Source: Octopus bimaculoides
Taxonomy: Eukaryota
Assembly: GCF_001194135.2 (NCBI RefSeq)
Contig: NC_068981.1
Coordinates: forward strand, 55,673,471 to 55,737,470
DNA length: 64,000 nucleotides
Reading direction: 5' to 3'
The position numbers and the translations under genes are program-made. The first letter of the stretch is position 1, and the number at the start of each line of letters is the position of its first letter. Shown here piece after piece: positions 1 to 12,619 of the stretch. Under the pieces are notes generated by a model that was not told the DNA's origin, ran no database searches, and worked only from the letters and a program-made list of their open reading frames with translations.

Positions 1-104
1 TTTGAAGTATTAGGATAGAATGATATCTTTTTCTTAAGAACCAAGACATCATTAGACTTTAACTGTGACAACACACAGAGAAAATATAGATTAAAAGAGA
101 AGTT

Positions 105-1349
105 ATGGATGAGGAAACAAAGACTGGGAATATTGAATCAGACACTGAAAATATTGAATCAGATATTGAGAATATTGAATCAGACACCGAGAATATTGAA
201 TCAGACACTGAGAATATTGAATCAGACTCAGAGAATATTGACTCAGACATTGAGAATATTGAATCAGATACTGAGAATATTGAAGCTGACACCAAGAATA
301 TCGAATCAGACACCGAAAATATTGAAGCTGACACCAAGAATATCAAATCAGACACCGAAAATATTGAAGCTGACACCAAGAACGTCGAAGCAAAGACTGA
401 GAATATTGAAGGAGTCACTGAGAAAATTGAAATAAAAACTGAGAATATTGAAGTGAAAACTGAGAATATTGATACATTTAATCAAGCAGGAAAAAATACA
501 GAAGTGAAATCACGTACATGTGAAGTATGTGGGAAGTTATTTACTACAAGCAATTTATTATCTTCCCATAAATGTCAAGGTAAAAGTCTACACCACTGTT
601 ATATCTGTGGTAAAATTTTCTCTCAACATAGTCATTTGTCACGACATGTGCGTATCCACACAGGAGAAAGACCATACCATTGTGATATCTGTGGTAAATC
701 ATTCTCAGATAGTAGTACTTTACACACCCACAAACGTATTCACACAGGAGAGAAACGGTACCACTGTGAATTCTGTGGTAAAAGCTTTTCTGGAAATACT
801 GGTTTGTCTTCTCACAGACGTACACACACAGGAGAAAGACCATACAAATGTGATGTCTGTGATAAGGCATTTTTTACAAGGGCTTATTTGACTCGACACA
901 CACGTATTCATACAGGAGCAAAACCATACTTTTGTGAATTTTGTGGTAAATCATTTGCAGATAGAAACACGGTAATTTCCCACAAACGTATCCATACCCA
1001 GGAGAAACCATTCCCCTGTGACGTTTGTGGTAAAACATTCTCTGAAAGTAGTAATTTGTCTTGTCACAAACGTATTCACACAGGAGAAAGACCATATCAA
1101 TGTGATATCTGTGATAAAGCATTTTTTACTAAAAGTCATTTGTCAGGTCACATTCGTATTCATAAAGGAGAACGTCCATACCAATGTGATATCTGTGATA
1201 AGGCATTCTCTCAAACTTCTCATTTATCTCGACACAAACGTATTCATACAAGAGGGAAACTGTATCCCTGTGATATTTGTAGTGAAGCGTTTTCTACAAA
1301 TGAACATTTAATTCAACATCAACATATTCACATGGGAATGAATATGTAG
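105..1349 (+). CDS. ZF1: poly-C2H2 zinc-finger protein, 414 aa; acidic heptad-repeat N-terminus, 1 degenerate leading finger plus 9 canonical fingers
   Basis: Uninterrupted ORF with repeated C-x2-C-x12-H-x3-H motifs and TGE(K/R)PY linkers; 5' flank (aaaatatagatt...ttatggatgag) matches the flank of ZF2. Confidence 0.92.
   Translation: MDEETKTGNIESDTENIESDIENIESDTENIESDTENIESDSENIDSDIENIESDTENIEADTKNIESDTENIEADTKNIKSDTENIEADTKNVEAKTENIEGVTEKIEIKTENIEVKTENIDTFNQAGKNTEVKSRTCEVCGKLFTTSNLLSSHKCQGKSLHHCYICGKIFSQHSHLSRHVRIHTGERPYHCDICGKSFSDSSTLHTHKRIHTGEKRYHCEFCGKSFSGNTGLSSHRRTHTGERPYKCDVCDKAFFTRAYLTRHTRIHTGAKPYFCEFCGKSFADRNTVISHKRIHTQEKPFPCDVCGKTFSESSNLSCHKRIHTGERPYQCDICDKAFFTKSHLSGHIRIHKGERPYQCDICDKAFSQTSHLSRHKRIHTRGKLYPCDICSEAFSTNEHLIQHQHIHMGMNM
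129..473 (+). repeat. Coding 21-bp minisatellite, ~16.5 units (NIESDTE-type heptads)
   Basis: Unit gagaatattgaatcagacact and variants, read directly in the DNA and protein. Confidence 0.95.
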
Positions 1350-2859
1350 CCATATGGTAATAGATTTTATCCAAATAGCAATATATTTTATAAATGAATT
1401 TGTTTTTATTATATTTCAACACACTACTATCAATGTTATACTGTTTTATTCGCTGCCAATAGCTTATTGGAAATTCCACTGTATCTTTTATATGCACTGA
1501 ATACTTGATCAGCTGAACATTTCATATATCCATTACTGCTAAGCATTCCTGTAGAGTATCTGAGTTAATGATTCTCACCCTGTTGACCAGAATACACTTA
1601 CACTTTTCATGTCTTCTATATTTTTGTGTGTGTGCATGGAGCAGAAGCATTGTCCTACATGTGATCAGTACTCTGAGCTTTGTAAAGGCTCTACTACTGA
1701 CTAGGACTGAAATATTTATCGACACTAAAGGTTTTGGAGGTGGAATTACCATGAGTGTTTCCTTAGAAATTTTGAGTCCTCTCATTTGTAGGTGTTTTGT
1801 TCTTGATTAAATATGAAAAGTACTACTGTTTCTTTGATATGCATAGTGACTGTACTTTTGTCCCATTGAATGTACTGTGTCATGTTCCCATTGAAAATCT
1901 TCTCAAGATCTATGACAAGGGCAAAAATCAGTCTTTACTTCATACCCATATGACAAATATGTCATCAGGTGACTGGCTAACTTTCTGAAAGTTGTGTTGC
2001 AAATGGTAAGCTTTTTTTCATTAGAGGAATACAGGAACTTTAACATTTTATTTTTTTTATCATGCTCAGAACCTGCATCTTCATCAATGTGTCATCCTAC
2101 TAGTGTTGTTACCTGACATAACCGTTGAAATTATCCTCTATGAAGATGATGTCAATGATATCGGTTTTCATCTAGCTTGAACAAAAGTTTCACTGAACTT
2201 ATCCTTCTACTTGTCTATTAATCCTATTGGTGAGACTTAATCACAAATCATAGATGTTTTGATGTTGTAAAATATATATTTGAAATACTTATTATGTTAT
2301 CTTATATAAATATATACAGAAAAGAAATTATATCTGATGATATATATGATCATACAAATATTCACAAGTTATACTTGTTTGTTGGTATCCCATGATATGT
2401 ATGATAATACTTTCAATCCTGATTTGAGCAACATAAAGCAATCTCCAAATTACAACAAATTAATATTTAAGTAAGCTATAAGAGAACACCTGCTGGATGA
2501 CAATGTACCTTCTAGAACATTCCAATAGTTAACCCATGCTATTTGTGTAACTGTTACTATATATGAGAAAATGCATAGAACCATAAAAGATATCTTATTA
2601 AAATAAAACTTTGAAATATTAATTTGTGTTGTTTGTTTGTGAAGTATATCCAGATGCAATCCATAATAAAAGATTTATTAAGATAGTACATTTGTGCAGT
2701 GATTGTGATTGTTCAGTTTGCTCCTAGATTTTACTGAAGAAACTATATGTTAATATACACAGAGCTGTTATTAATATCATTGAGAAACTCATTATGCATG
2801 CATAATAATTATACAAAGCTTATGTTAACATACTCAGAAATTATAAATTTATATTCAAT

Positions 2860-3900
2860 GTCAATCACTGAAGGAAACCCAGGAAGACATGGGATAAAGT
2901 GGTGAGGACTGATCTCAGGACGTTGGGCCTCATAGAGCAAATGACAGTGGGCTAAGATGTCTGGCAATATGAGGTTCTTGAAAAACCTACCCATGTCAAC
3001 GAAACATTTCTAAAAGCACTGTGTTCCACTCACATATAAGAATAAAACTTTTCACACTCTCTGCCCCAACAAACCAAATTACATCTTTTCCTCATATCTC
3101 TTTCATGCACTATGCTTATCTCTCTCCCCGATCCTGTCCTCACTGCTTTGCCCACTGTATGTTTGCTATCCCATAGTCCCCCATTCCCTACTCAGCACTT
3201 CTTTGACAATACCCTGCCACTTATAACCTCCATACCTTGAGGGTATGCCCTGGTACTTTTCACCATCTATCTCTCTCTTCCTTTACCATCCCATTTACGT
3301 TCTAATCCCTATTCCAAGTGAGTATGCACAGGCACTTTGCTACCATCTCTCTCCTGCACTCTTGCTGTCTTCCATTCTTTCTCTTTCCCTCTGGCTGGTT
3401 AACTATATATCTCCTTTACAGCACCACACCTCTTTCTGTCCTCATTCTTGATCACTCTCTCTCTCTCTTTCTCTCTCTCTCTTTCTCTCTCTCTCTCTGT
3501 CTGGGTAACCATGTACCTCCTCTACAGCAAGACACTTGTTTCTGTCTCACTCTAACTTTTCATCATCTGACACAAGACCACCTCTTCCAATGCCCCCTCT
3601 CCTCTCAAAAGATATTCATCCTGCAAGTTACTTGGTGATCTTGTCAGTGATGGTGCCATGTGAAAAGCATCCAGTCTACACTATAAAGTGGTTGGTGTTT
3701 GGAAGGGCATCCAGCTGTAAAAGCCATGTCAAAACACCACCTGTGCTGGTACCACATAAAAAGCACTGGGTCCATTCTGTGAGGTGGTTGCTGTTAGGAA
3801 GGGCATCCAGCCATAAAAACCATGCCAAACCAGCACTTGTCAAACCATCCAACCCATGCCAGCATGGATGGCGGATGTTATACAAACATGATGATAATGA
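2860..3900 (+). mobile_element. Degenerate RTE LINE 3' fragment (C-terminal coding remnant plus 3' tail)
   Basis: 2870-2990 resembles the GRPRKTWDEVV..DLR.LGL segment of the other RTE copies; 3780-3900 carries ggaagggcatccag...catccaacccatgccagcatgg...atgatga tail. Confidence 0.65.
3455..3500. repeat. (CT)n microsatellite
   Basis: Imperfect ctctct run seen directly. Confidence 0.9.
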
Positions 3901-4675
3901 TTCAATACATTAATAGTGTTTAAGTGTACTTATTTTTCAAATTGATCTTTGCCAATGACCTTATGTTGCTCTTCAGTATTTTGTGATTTCAGCAAAAGTG
4001 AATGTGAATGAACAACATACACACCGTAGTACTTCTGAAATGTGTTTAGATATATATTATTAAAAACTGTCGTGGTTGGATGACTTTGCTGACAAGCACT
4101 CAAGCAATTTACATACTGTTACCTGAAATGCATTGAGTTCAATACCTAGATAGCTTCGAACAAAAATCCAGTTTAATTAGAGTGATATTGTTTACTAGTA
4201 AAGTTGAGAGTATTGTTGGTCCTGAATGCTGGATTAACCTTTTAAATTTAACTAAATGGATAAAATGCATAGTCAGGCTGCTTCACAATATCTTAATAGA
4301 AAAAGCCTTTGTCATTTTTTGTAATAATTGTATGTTAACAAATAAGAAACTAAATTTGCACTTGTCCAAACTTTCATATACTTCCTTATGATTTCAAAAT
4401 TTTTTACCATCAAGAATAGATAAAGGCTTGTAACACCTAGTACTTAGAACTCATCTAAGATGCTGAGAAACATTTAGAAACATTTACCATAGACGAACAG
4501 TAGAACTACATGCTCAAGAAGAAAAGATTGTCAACATTGCAATGAAAAAGAAAGGATCAGAGGGTAAAGAAAAGCTGCAGTGATGGATTTACAGTATTCA
4601 GTGAAGGACGCAACTTAGCAGACACTGGGTTGTCTACTTCAACTGTTTTAAAGCTTATATATGCATGTACAGAAA

Positions 4676-4830
4676 CAGGTGTGACCATGTGGTGAGAAAC
4701 TTGCTGTCCAGTTAGTGCCACTGCATGGTACTTTGGGCTAGTCTTTTCTACTGTAACCCTGAGCTAACCAAAGCCTTATGAGTAGATTTGGTAGATGGAA
4801 ACTATAAGAAGTCTGTCATATATGTGTATA
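4676..4830 (+). mobile_element. 5' half of tRNA-derived CORE-type SINE
   Basis: Matches copies at 22688/44493/46091 (…gatttggtagatggaaacta…) and ends in its internal (TA/TG)n tract. Confidence 0.75.
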
Positions 4831-4835
4831 TATAT

Positions 4836-6140
4836 CATCATCATCATCGTTTAATGTCCACTTTCCATGCTAGCATGGGTTGGACGATTTGACTGAGGAC
4901 TGGTGAACCAGATGGCTGCACCAGGCTCCAATCTGATCAGGCAGAGTTTCTACAGCTGGTTGCCCTTCCTAACGCCAACCACTCCGAGAGTGTAGTGGTT
5001 CGATTTCGATTTCACTTGCGTCAACAGGTCTTTGCAAGCAGAGTTTAGTGTCCAATGAAGGAAAGGTATGCATAAGTGGGCTGGCTACACCCCTGGCAGA
5101 GGCCTTGGATTTTTGTCTCACTTGGCTTGCTGGATCTTCTCACGCACTGCATATTTCCAAAGGTCTCGGTCAATAGTCATTGCCTTGGTGAGGCCCAATG
5201 TTCGTAGGTCGTGCCTCACCACCTCATCCCAGGTCTTCCTGGGTCTACCTCTTCCACAGGTTCCCTCAACTGCTAGGGTGTGGCACTTTTTCATGCAGCT
5301 ATTCTCAACCATTCTCGCCACATGACCATACCAGCGCAATCGTCTCCCTTGCACACCACAACTGATGCTTCTAAGGTCCAACTTTTCTCTCAAGGTACCT
5401 ACACTCTGTCGAGCATGCACACTGACATTACACATCCATCGGAGCATACTGGCTTCATTTCTTGCGAGCTTACGCATGTCTTCAGCAGTCATGGTCCATG
5501 TTTCACTGCCATGTAGCATGGTTGTTTGTACACATGCGTCATACAGTCTGCTTTTTACTCTGAGCAAGAAGCCCTTTGTCACTAGCAGAGGTAAGAGCTC
5601 TCTGAACTTTGCCCAGGCTATTCTTATTCTATCAGCTACACTTTCAGTGCCCTCTCCCCCGCTACTAACTTGGTTACCTAGACAATGGAGGTTATCAACT
5701 ACTTCTAGTTTTTCTCCCTGGAATATGACAGGAGTTGTTCTCTGCACATTTTCAGTATTTATTGCTCCTGAGCATCTGCTACATACAAAAACTATCTTCC
5801 TAGTTAGCCTTCTTTGATATTCCTGCACCTCTTATGTGTCCATAGCTTACACTTATAGAGTTTCTACCTATGTCTTTTCTACAGATTGAGCAGGGCCATC
5901 TATCTGAAGGGGTTTGTGTTTTGTCTACCTTCCTACTTATTAGGACTTTGGTTTTAGCTAGGTTGACTCTAAGGCCCTTCGATTCTAGTCCTTGCTTCCA
6001 CACCTGAAACTTCTGTAGTTCTGATAGTGACTCAGCAATTAGTGCAAGGTCATCAGCATAGAGGAGCTTCCAGGGGCATCCTGTCTTGAATTCCTGTGCC
6101 TGGCAATGCCTGGCAATTACTGTATCCTTTGTTTCCAACC
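4836..6140 (-). mobile_element. RTE-clade LINE, 5'-truncated and frameshifted (RT C-terminal part, 3' UTR, (GAT)n tail)
   Basis: ORFs 5800-6192 (LLYADDLALIAES) and 5118-5828 (MLHGSETW, RLRWYGHVARM, GRGRPRKTW); tail taaacgatgatgatg on the minus strand. Confidence 0.92.
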
Positions 6141-7565
6141 TTCCATGAAAGTATTTCTGGTCCTGGGGAAATATTGCCTTTCTTGGAAACAAGAAGGGAA
6201 CTTGAAATCTACTTAAAGTTCATTCAACCCATGTGATCATTGCAAAGTGGATGTTAAAATGATGATGTATGAACTGAAAAAATGAAACTTTGTCATGTCA
6301 AATACAACAGCTAATTTTTCTGTCTCCTGTAATATTCAATGTTTGGGCATTGCTGCATTCCTTTGCTGGAATATATATGTGTGTGTGTTTGTTTGAAAAC
6401 TATTTACATCAAATTATGTACCAAAAATGAGAATTTCATTTTACTAACATGAAGCAATTCTAAAAACAAATTGACCCAAACAATGGGCTAAATTGATTAT
6501 TCTGTTATAAAAGGTTGACTAGATTGGCCTTTAGCAATGTCTTTATTGACTATTAATACATGTATTCTCTTGATAATAGAGGAAGTCTTTCATAAGAATT
6601 AACAACAACTTTGGGTACGCTTTTGAATTCCATATGTCTAACCCATGTGGATATGCTTACAAAATCAAAGAACAACACAGCACCCATGACTTTTGGAAAC
6701 ATTTTTTCATCATCATTATCAACAACAAGCAATCTATTTGAGATCCCAGTATTTTTTTTTTTTTTCACAGCTTGTCAAAATATTTTTTGGTTGCTTTTAT
6801 GTCTTTGAATACAGTATTGAACCCCTACTTGCATAGGAAGCAATTCACTTCTTATCTCACCGAGATTTTATACTTGCTGTTACTAAGTTACACTGTGATG
6901 TTTGCTATGTTGATCTTTAGATCTTTCAAGTTTAGAATATTTTCTGCTGTTAAAAACCAGGTCATTACACAGTTAACCTGTGATCTGGTGAGCAGACTTC
7001 TGATAAGACATACATCTATGACTATGCCATCTCCTTTTCAGATTTAGGCTGACCTATGGTAGAAGAGGAAAACCAAGGAAACTATTCATCTGTGAGCTAG
7101 TGCTTATAATGATTTGCTGAATAAGTCATTGTCAATCAATCAAATTACTTTCCTATAGATGTGGTGTAGGACGTTTGCCTGTATAGCAGCACTGTCTCAT
7201 ACATGTGAGGCATACAACTATGTGTATCTTACTTGAGCCTGTAGAGAGTTAGCAGCTGATGAGGAGTAAAGTATTTACTTATTACAAAGAAGAATCCTAA
7301 TCTCTGTGATGTGATGTATATTATTTTTGTTGGGTAGCCATAAGTGATCATCAAGATCACACAGGCACATCAACAGGCTGGAAAGCTACATTAAATATTA
7401 GACTGAGAGAAATAACTGATATGGGCCTTTATAGTATGCTGTGTGTGAAAAACTCTCAATTGCAATTTCTTTTAGATAGGAAAAGAAACCAAAAAGCTAG
7501 TAGTATTGTTAGTGACTCTCAAAGAATTTTTTCAAATTATATTGGCCAACAATTATTCGTTACTC

Positions 7566-7932
7566 GGCACTTTTTGGTTATCTCACCCCCATAAAAAAAA
7601 TTGGGTTATCTCTTCACTAAAAAATTGAGTTTATGTAGTGACAAGAGATTGGATTAAAAGAGATCTTTTTGATTCAATACTTCAACACATTGTTGACATT
7701 TGGCCTCCTCAATAAGCATAGTATGATTTGTTATAAAAATGTTATCAGATTCAATAAGATGTTTAATTTTTTTAGTTTTCATGTTTTTCAATTTTTTCAG
7801 TTTTTTTTTGTTTTATTGAGGGTTAAACAATTTTTTAGTTGAGGGAGATAACCAAAAGTAACGATATTTCTCGTAAAACTAGGGGAGATAACCCAATTTT
7901 TTTTAATGGGGGTGAGACAACCAAAAAGTATC
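7566..7932. mobile_element. Non-autonomous DNA transposon (MITE), ~47-bp TIRs, 8-bp TSD; Merlin-like by inference
   Basis: Left actttttggttatctcacccccat-a8-ttgggttatctc (7569-7612) is the reverse complement of 7885-7929; flanks cgttactc (7558-7565) and tgttactc (7933-7940). Confidence 0.75.
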
Positions 7933-8239
7933 TGTTACTCTTTAGAAATATGTCAGCAGTTCAGTCTTTGAGTTTCCTATATCATGTTGATATCTAATAA
8001 ACCAAAACATGTCCATAGTTGTATCTTGCTCACAAACTTTCCCCAAGGCATGCAAATTAGCTTGGAGAGAATTCTTTAAATTTTTCGTTTCTTTTCTCAT
8101 TAAAAACCACGGTGTTTATTCTTCTTATTATTATTTTTCTATACAGCATTCATTACATCGCCCATTAATCTATTTAATAAATAAACTGAAAGCTGGTTGC
8201 ATTACATAATTCCCATAAGCAAAGTTAGTTGACCGGAAC

Positions 8240-8350
8240 AAAGTGTTAAAATCATGTACCTGAATGTTTGGGGTAGCTGGTACCTGATTACATTGACCCC
8301 AGCTAGTTCTTATTTCATCAACACTGAAAGGATGTAAGGCAACATCAACC
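8240..8350 (-). mobile_element. Fragment of second tRNA-derived SINE family
   Basis: tacattgaccccag…ttcatcaacactgaaaggatg matches copies at 41.1, 46.5 and 63.3 kb. Confidence 0.6.
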
Positions 8351-8639
8351 ATAATACATTCTGTTGTCTGCCAAACATATCAAAGAACCTGCAGAACTCA
8401 TTAATAGGTGGGGGGGGGGTTTGTTTCTTTTTTTTTTGGCATTCAAAATATTTGACAAATTATTAAGATTAAATTGAAAAAAATATATTCCAATGTGAGG
8501 TAAAGACTGAGTAGAATCCTTGTTTCACCCGTGCGAAAAGTCTACTGGTGCTTGTAGTATCATGTGTGTGTGGGGGGAAGGGGTATAGGATTTAATGTTT
8601 CAGTAGTGTTCACTAAATAGGTGTGCAGATAGTCTCTTA

Positions 8640-9045
8640 CAGTTGTTTCAATGAAGACAAGGAAAGCCCCTGGCCCACTGGGAGTCACTACTGAGATGCT
8701 TAAAATATCTGGTGGAATAGGATATGGTCTTGTCACCCATATAGGTAATCAGGTTATTCAGAAAGGTGTCATCGCCAATGACTGGTGTAGCTGCATTTTA
8801 CTCAGATGTTACAAAGGTAAGGGAGATGCCTTAGATAGAAGTAATTACATGAAGTTGCTTGACCAGGTCATGAAAGTTACAGTACACTTGTATCCTGAAA
8901 ACAAAGAGGCATGGAATTGCTATTATAAAAGGCTGCTAAATGTAGAGAATGAATGGAAAAAAGAGAGTCTTCCTAATGTGAATCCAATAGAAAGTTTAGC
9001 CACTCTAGTTGACAGCAATATGATAAACAAAGTAATAAAAAAATA
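8640..9045 (+). mobile_element. RTE LINE RT N-terminal fragment (rearranged)
   Basis: ORF 8651-9046: KAPGP..TEMLK, W..ILLRCYKGKGDALD..NY, homologous to 61206-61652; a second piece lies at ~9250-9390. Confidence 0.8.
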
Positions 9046-9049
9046 ATAG

Positions 9050-9230
9050 TTTCAAATTGGGCACAAGACAAGCAAATTTGGGGAGGAGGGGTAAGTTGAT
9101 TACATCGACTCCAGTCCTCAACTGGTATTTATTTCATTGACTCCAAAAGGATGAAAGTGAAATTTGAACCTAGAATGTAAGGAGGGACAAAATGCTGCTA
9201 AGCATTTTGCCCAGCTTACTGCCTTAAAAG
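9050..9230 (-). mobile_element. tRNA-derived SINE (second family), degenerate
   Basis: gattacatcgactccag…aaaggatgaaag…tttgaac…ctaagcattttgccc shared with 46507-46729 and 63262-63476. Confidence 0.7.
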
Positions 9231-10029
9231 CAATTAACAATATTAAGATAAAGTAAGCCCTTTGTTCATCAGGAATTACTGCTGAGATACTTAAAATATC
9301 TGGTGGAATGGAATATAGCCTAGTCACCTTTATAATATTCATTTGGAACAGCATTAGATTAAAATAACAATGTCTAACAATCCACCAACAAAATCCTGAG
9401 CAAGCTCTGGTTTTTAACTTTTTCTTTTTTCTCTCTTTATTCTCTATTTGGCTTCTCTTTCTTTTCTTCCCTCTCTCTTTTCTCTTGTTTCTTAATCCTT
9501 TTTCTTTCTCTGCCAATTACTTTCTTTCTATTTCTCTGTCAAAATACTTATAAAATGCTTTACCATATACCCAACTCCTGAGATTATATACTCTGCAACA
9601 TAAAGTAATAAAGAGTTCCCTGCTAATCCATTCTGTATTAGATGTACTGAGTGCATTTGGATGCTTTATCCTTTCTGGTTAAGCATCTAAATGCACTTGG
9701 AACATCCAATAAAGGATTCCAAACAGCCATAATGGTCAAACATATGTAGGAATTAGTAATATAAATGTGTTTGTCATAATTTTTCCTATATTTGTTCTGT
9801 ATTTCTTACCACTAAGTATAGTAGTTGTGTTATCACTATATACTGGAAGCAGACAGAGCTATGAAAATCTATGTGGAGCTCTAAACTTATGAGGAGCAAT
9901 TGTACATCTATCTGTACGCACAATACCCTATATATATAATATTTTTAGCTCTAAGTCTGAAGTCACTAACTATTAACCTATGTTAGTGGAACATTCTTTG
10001 CCAGGGAAGAACTTTGCATTCACAAGCAG

Positions 10030-10540
10030 CTACCTACTTTGGTGAGAATAGTCAGTTTGGTTTTTGTGCTCACCAGGGTGATAAGTGATCAAGTGTCTGA
10101 TAGGTTTTTGAAGTTAGTCTTGCAGATCAACAAGTTATTTGCATCTCAGAATTCGTTTGTGTCATTGTCATCTGCCCTTGAAGTAATATGCATTCTGATG
10201 AAAGTCCTTTTGCTATCTGCCTACCCAGCTTCAGGAGCATATACCAAGATATATGTTACTGTTGTATAAGCTAATTCTAGTCTTAGCTTAACAATCCTAT
10301 CACACACTCTGACTACTTGATCTTTGTATTCTGCCCATTCCATTGCCAAGAATATGCATACACCACCCATGCTCTCACTGCTACTTTTCCAGAAGAGTTT
10401 GTACCTTTTCTCCTTGCCTGTAAGGTTCCCCTCCATCTTATCTCTTGCACACAGGACACATCTTCATGCCTCTGCTCTTGCATTTCAGTGATCTCACTGG
10501 ACCAGCCTTTCATTGTGACTTTCGTTCTCCTGGTCTTCTG
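10030..10540 (-). mobile_element. RTE LINE apurinic-endonuclease (APE) fragment
   Basis: ORF pieces CVQEIRWRG, YKLFW…GGVCIFLA..W, DRIVKLRL…YAP and, downstream, ANNLLICKTNFK. Confidence 0.82.
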
Positions 10541-10836
10541 ATATTATTTAACCCAAATAACCTTGGCTCATCTTAAAGTATCTTCCCTGAAATATAGTAG
10601 CCCATCCAGTTAGTGACTAATTGCTCATATGGCTCTTCATAATTATATGAATACAGGATCAGGAAAGCAAGATCCACTCATGTTATTCATCAATGGTTTT
10701 TCCACTTAGCTCATTTTTATTCTAATGCAAAGTTGTAGTAGCTATATGCAAAACTATCAGTAAAATGTTGGGTAAAAGTGGCTGGTGTCAATTATTGCTG
10801 AAGTAGGTTAGGAAACTAAAATAAAAGCAACAATAC

Positions 10837-11280
10837 AAAGCATCTTGGTGATGTCATCAATTCCCAGTGCGAACAGAGCAGGCCCAAGTGGGTCGCCCTG
10901 TTGGACACCTGAGGTGGAGGTGATGATTGGGTCACCAAAAGAGAGATAGGAGGGTTCCCGATAAGCCTGCTATGCAAGGCGGTAGAGTTGTGGGACCTTC
11001 TCTCTTACTGAGCTGAGGATGGCATCACGGCTGATGGAGTTGAAGGCGTTCTTAAGGTCAAGTTTGAGGATCTGTGGCACTCAAGACGCTTGGTGGGTTT
11101 GGACCACTAACTGAGATTCCTGTCTTCAGTGGCAACTTACCTTGCAGAGGTAACTGGTGAGACTCATGAGGGCAATTGGTTGTTCCAGCGCATCAGCCTC
11201 ACCATCACCCGCAGCAATGCTGCAAGCGTGCTGGCGTGTCTCAATAGCCATTAAAAAGGTTTCCCAGCACCCCCAACTTT
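10837..11280 (-). mobile_element. Non-LTR retrotransposon RT fragment of a different, CRE-like clade (missed by the ORF track)
   Basis: Manual translation of 11071->10837: ILKLDLKNAFNSISRDAILSSVREKVPQLYRLA*QAYREPSYLSFGDPIITSTSGVQQGDPLGPALFALGIDD; in-frame stop at 10970-10972. Confidence 0.8.
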
Positions 11281-12619
11281 TCAACCCAAGGTGGTGAATT
11301 GTATTTTTTTTTTTTTCTCTTTCCTCATTTTTTCTTTCTCTCTTTTTATCTTTTTAATTTTATCAATTGTGTTCTCTGCTTTGTCAAGTTTTCTAGTTTG
11401 ATTTTGTAAAACGATAAACACTGTGACGGCAATAAAAGTCGATGTTATTAAACATGCCAATCTGTTATACACCCACCCCGTTCACAGGAAACACAAATTT
11501 AAGGGATAGAATGTTGTGAGGAATATGATGATTAGGACAGTGTATTAAATAAATAGATGTGACAACAGAAGATGAGAAATACTTGAAAAAATTGGAATTT
11601 TGACAAATTTAAGAAGAGCGATAAACTGGTAACAGTTAGAAGTACAAAAATAAACGTCTAGAATCAGAAAAAGAATAAAAAATAAAATAAAATAATAAGG
11701 ATAAAGGGATTTATATATACTTTTCGTATATTAATATATTTGGTTTGCTTTTGAAGTGCATAAATATTTTTGGGTCTTGTATTTAAATTTTCAACTCCAA
11801 TGAACTTAAACAACATTTTAAAAAGTGAAACTAATGCCTTCGAATGCAAACAAAATATAGTAACATATTTCAATCGCAAATGAAATATATTGATTATACG
11901 AAAATGTGTACGTAACCCTTAACAGTTTCCAATCAGGATATGTGTCGATTACAATGATGTTATCAATAATCGGAAATGTACAAAAACAACTTGGCTCTTC
12001 TGAATGGCCGAAACGAATAAGTTGATACCTAAACTCGAGGTTATTACGGAGTATATAGATTACTGTATTCTTTTCTTAATACGATCGTTTAAATAACAAG
12101 CATTGTTGGAAATAACCCATTTTTATTGAGGGAAAAAAAACAGTAACTCAGTTCGAAAAATAAACAGAAAGGCGATTGTTTATTTGAACGTCATAAATTT
12201 TTTTCAAAAGAATGGTACGAGAGAGGAAACATTTGAGTGTTACATCTTTGAATTTTAGTGCAGCAGTGAAATAAATGACAGCTTATTTTCGAAATTTATC
12301 TTGACTGTCAGATGTCATTACATCTTGTAATATATATAGAACTGAAATTAGGATAGGTATGCATAACTATTCATAAATTTCTCCTCTGAAATCTTTCAAA
12401 TAAGTATTCGTATTTTAATTTAATTTTCGGAATTAGTTACTTTTTTGTAAACAGGAAATATGTTCAGCAGCGCTGCTTTTATAGTTAACTTAACGATGGG
12501 GTTACTAAATAAAAACAATAATCTTTAACAATAACCTACATTGAAGTATCTACATATTCGTTTCGACCATTTATGAGAGCCAAGTTATTTTTGTATATTC
12601 TCTATTACTGCTCGTTTCA

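Noticed and set aside
59-435. ORFs 59-418 (-) and 109-435 (+)
   Set aside because: Alternative readings of the stop-free 21-bp repeat inside ZF1; no independent evidence.
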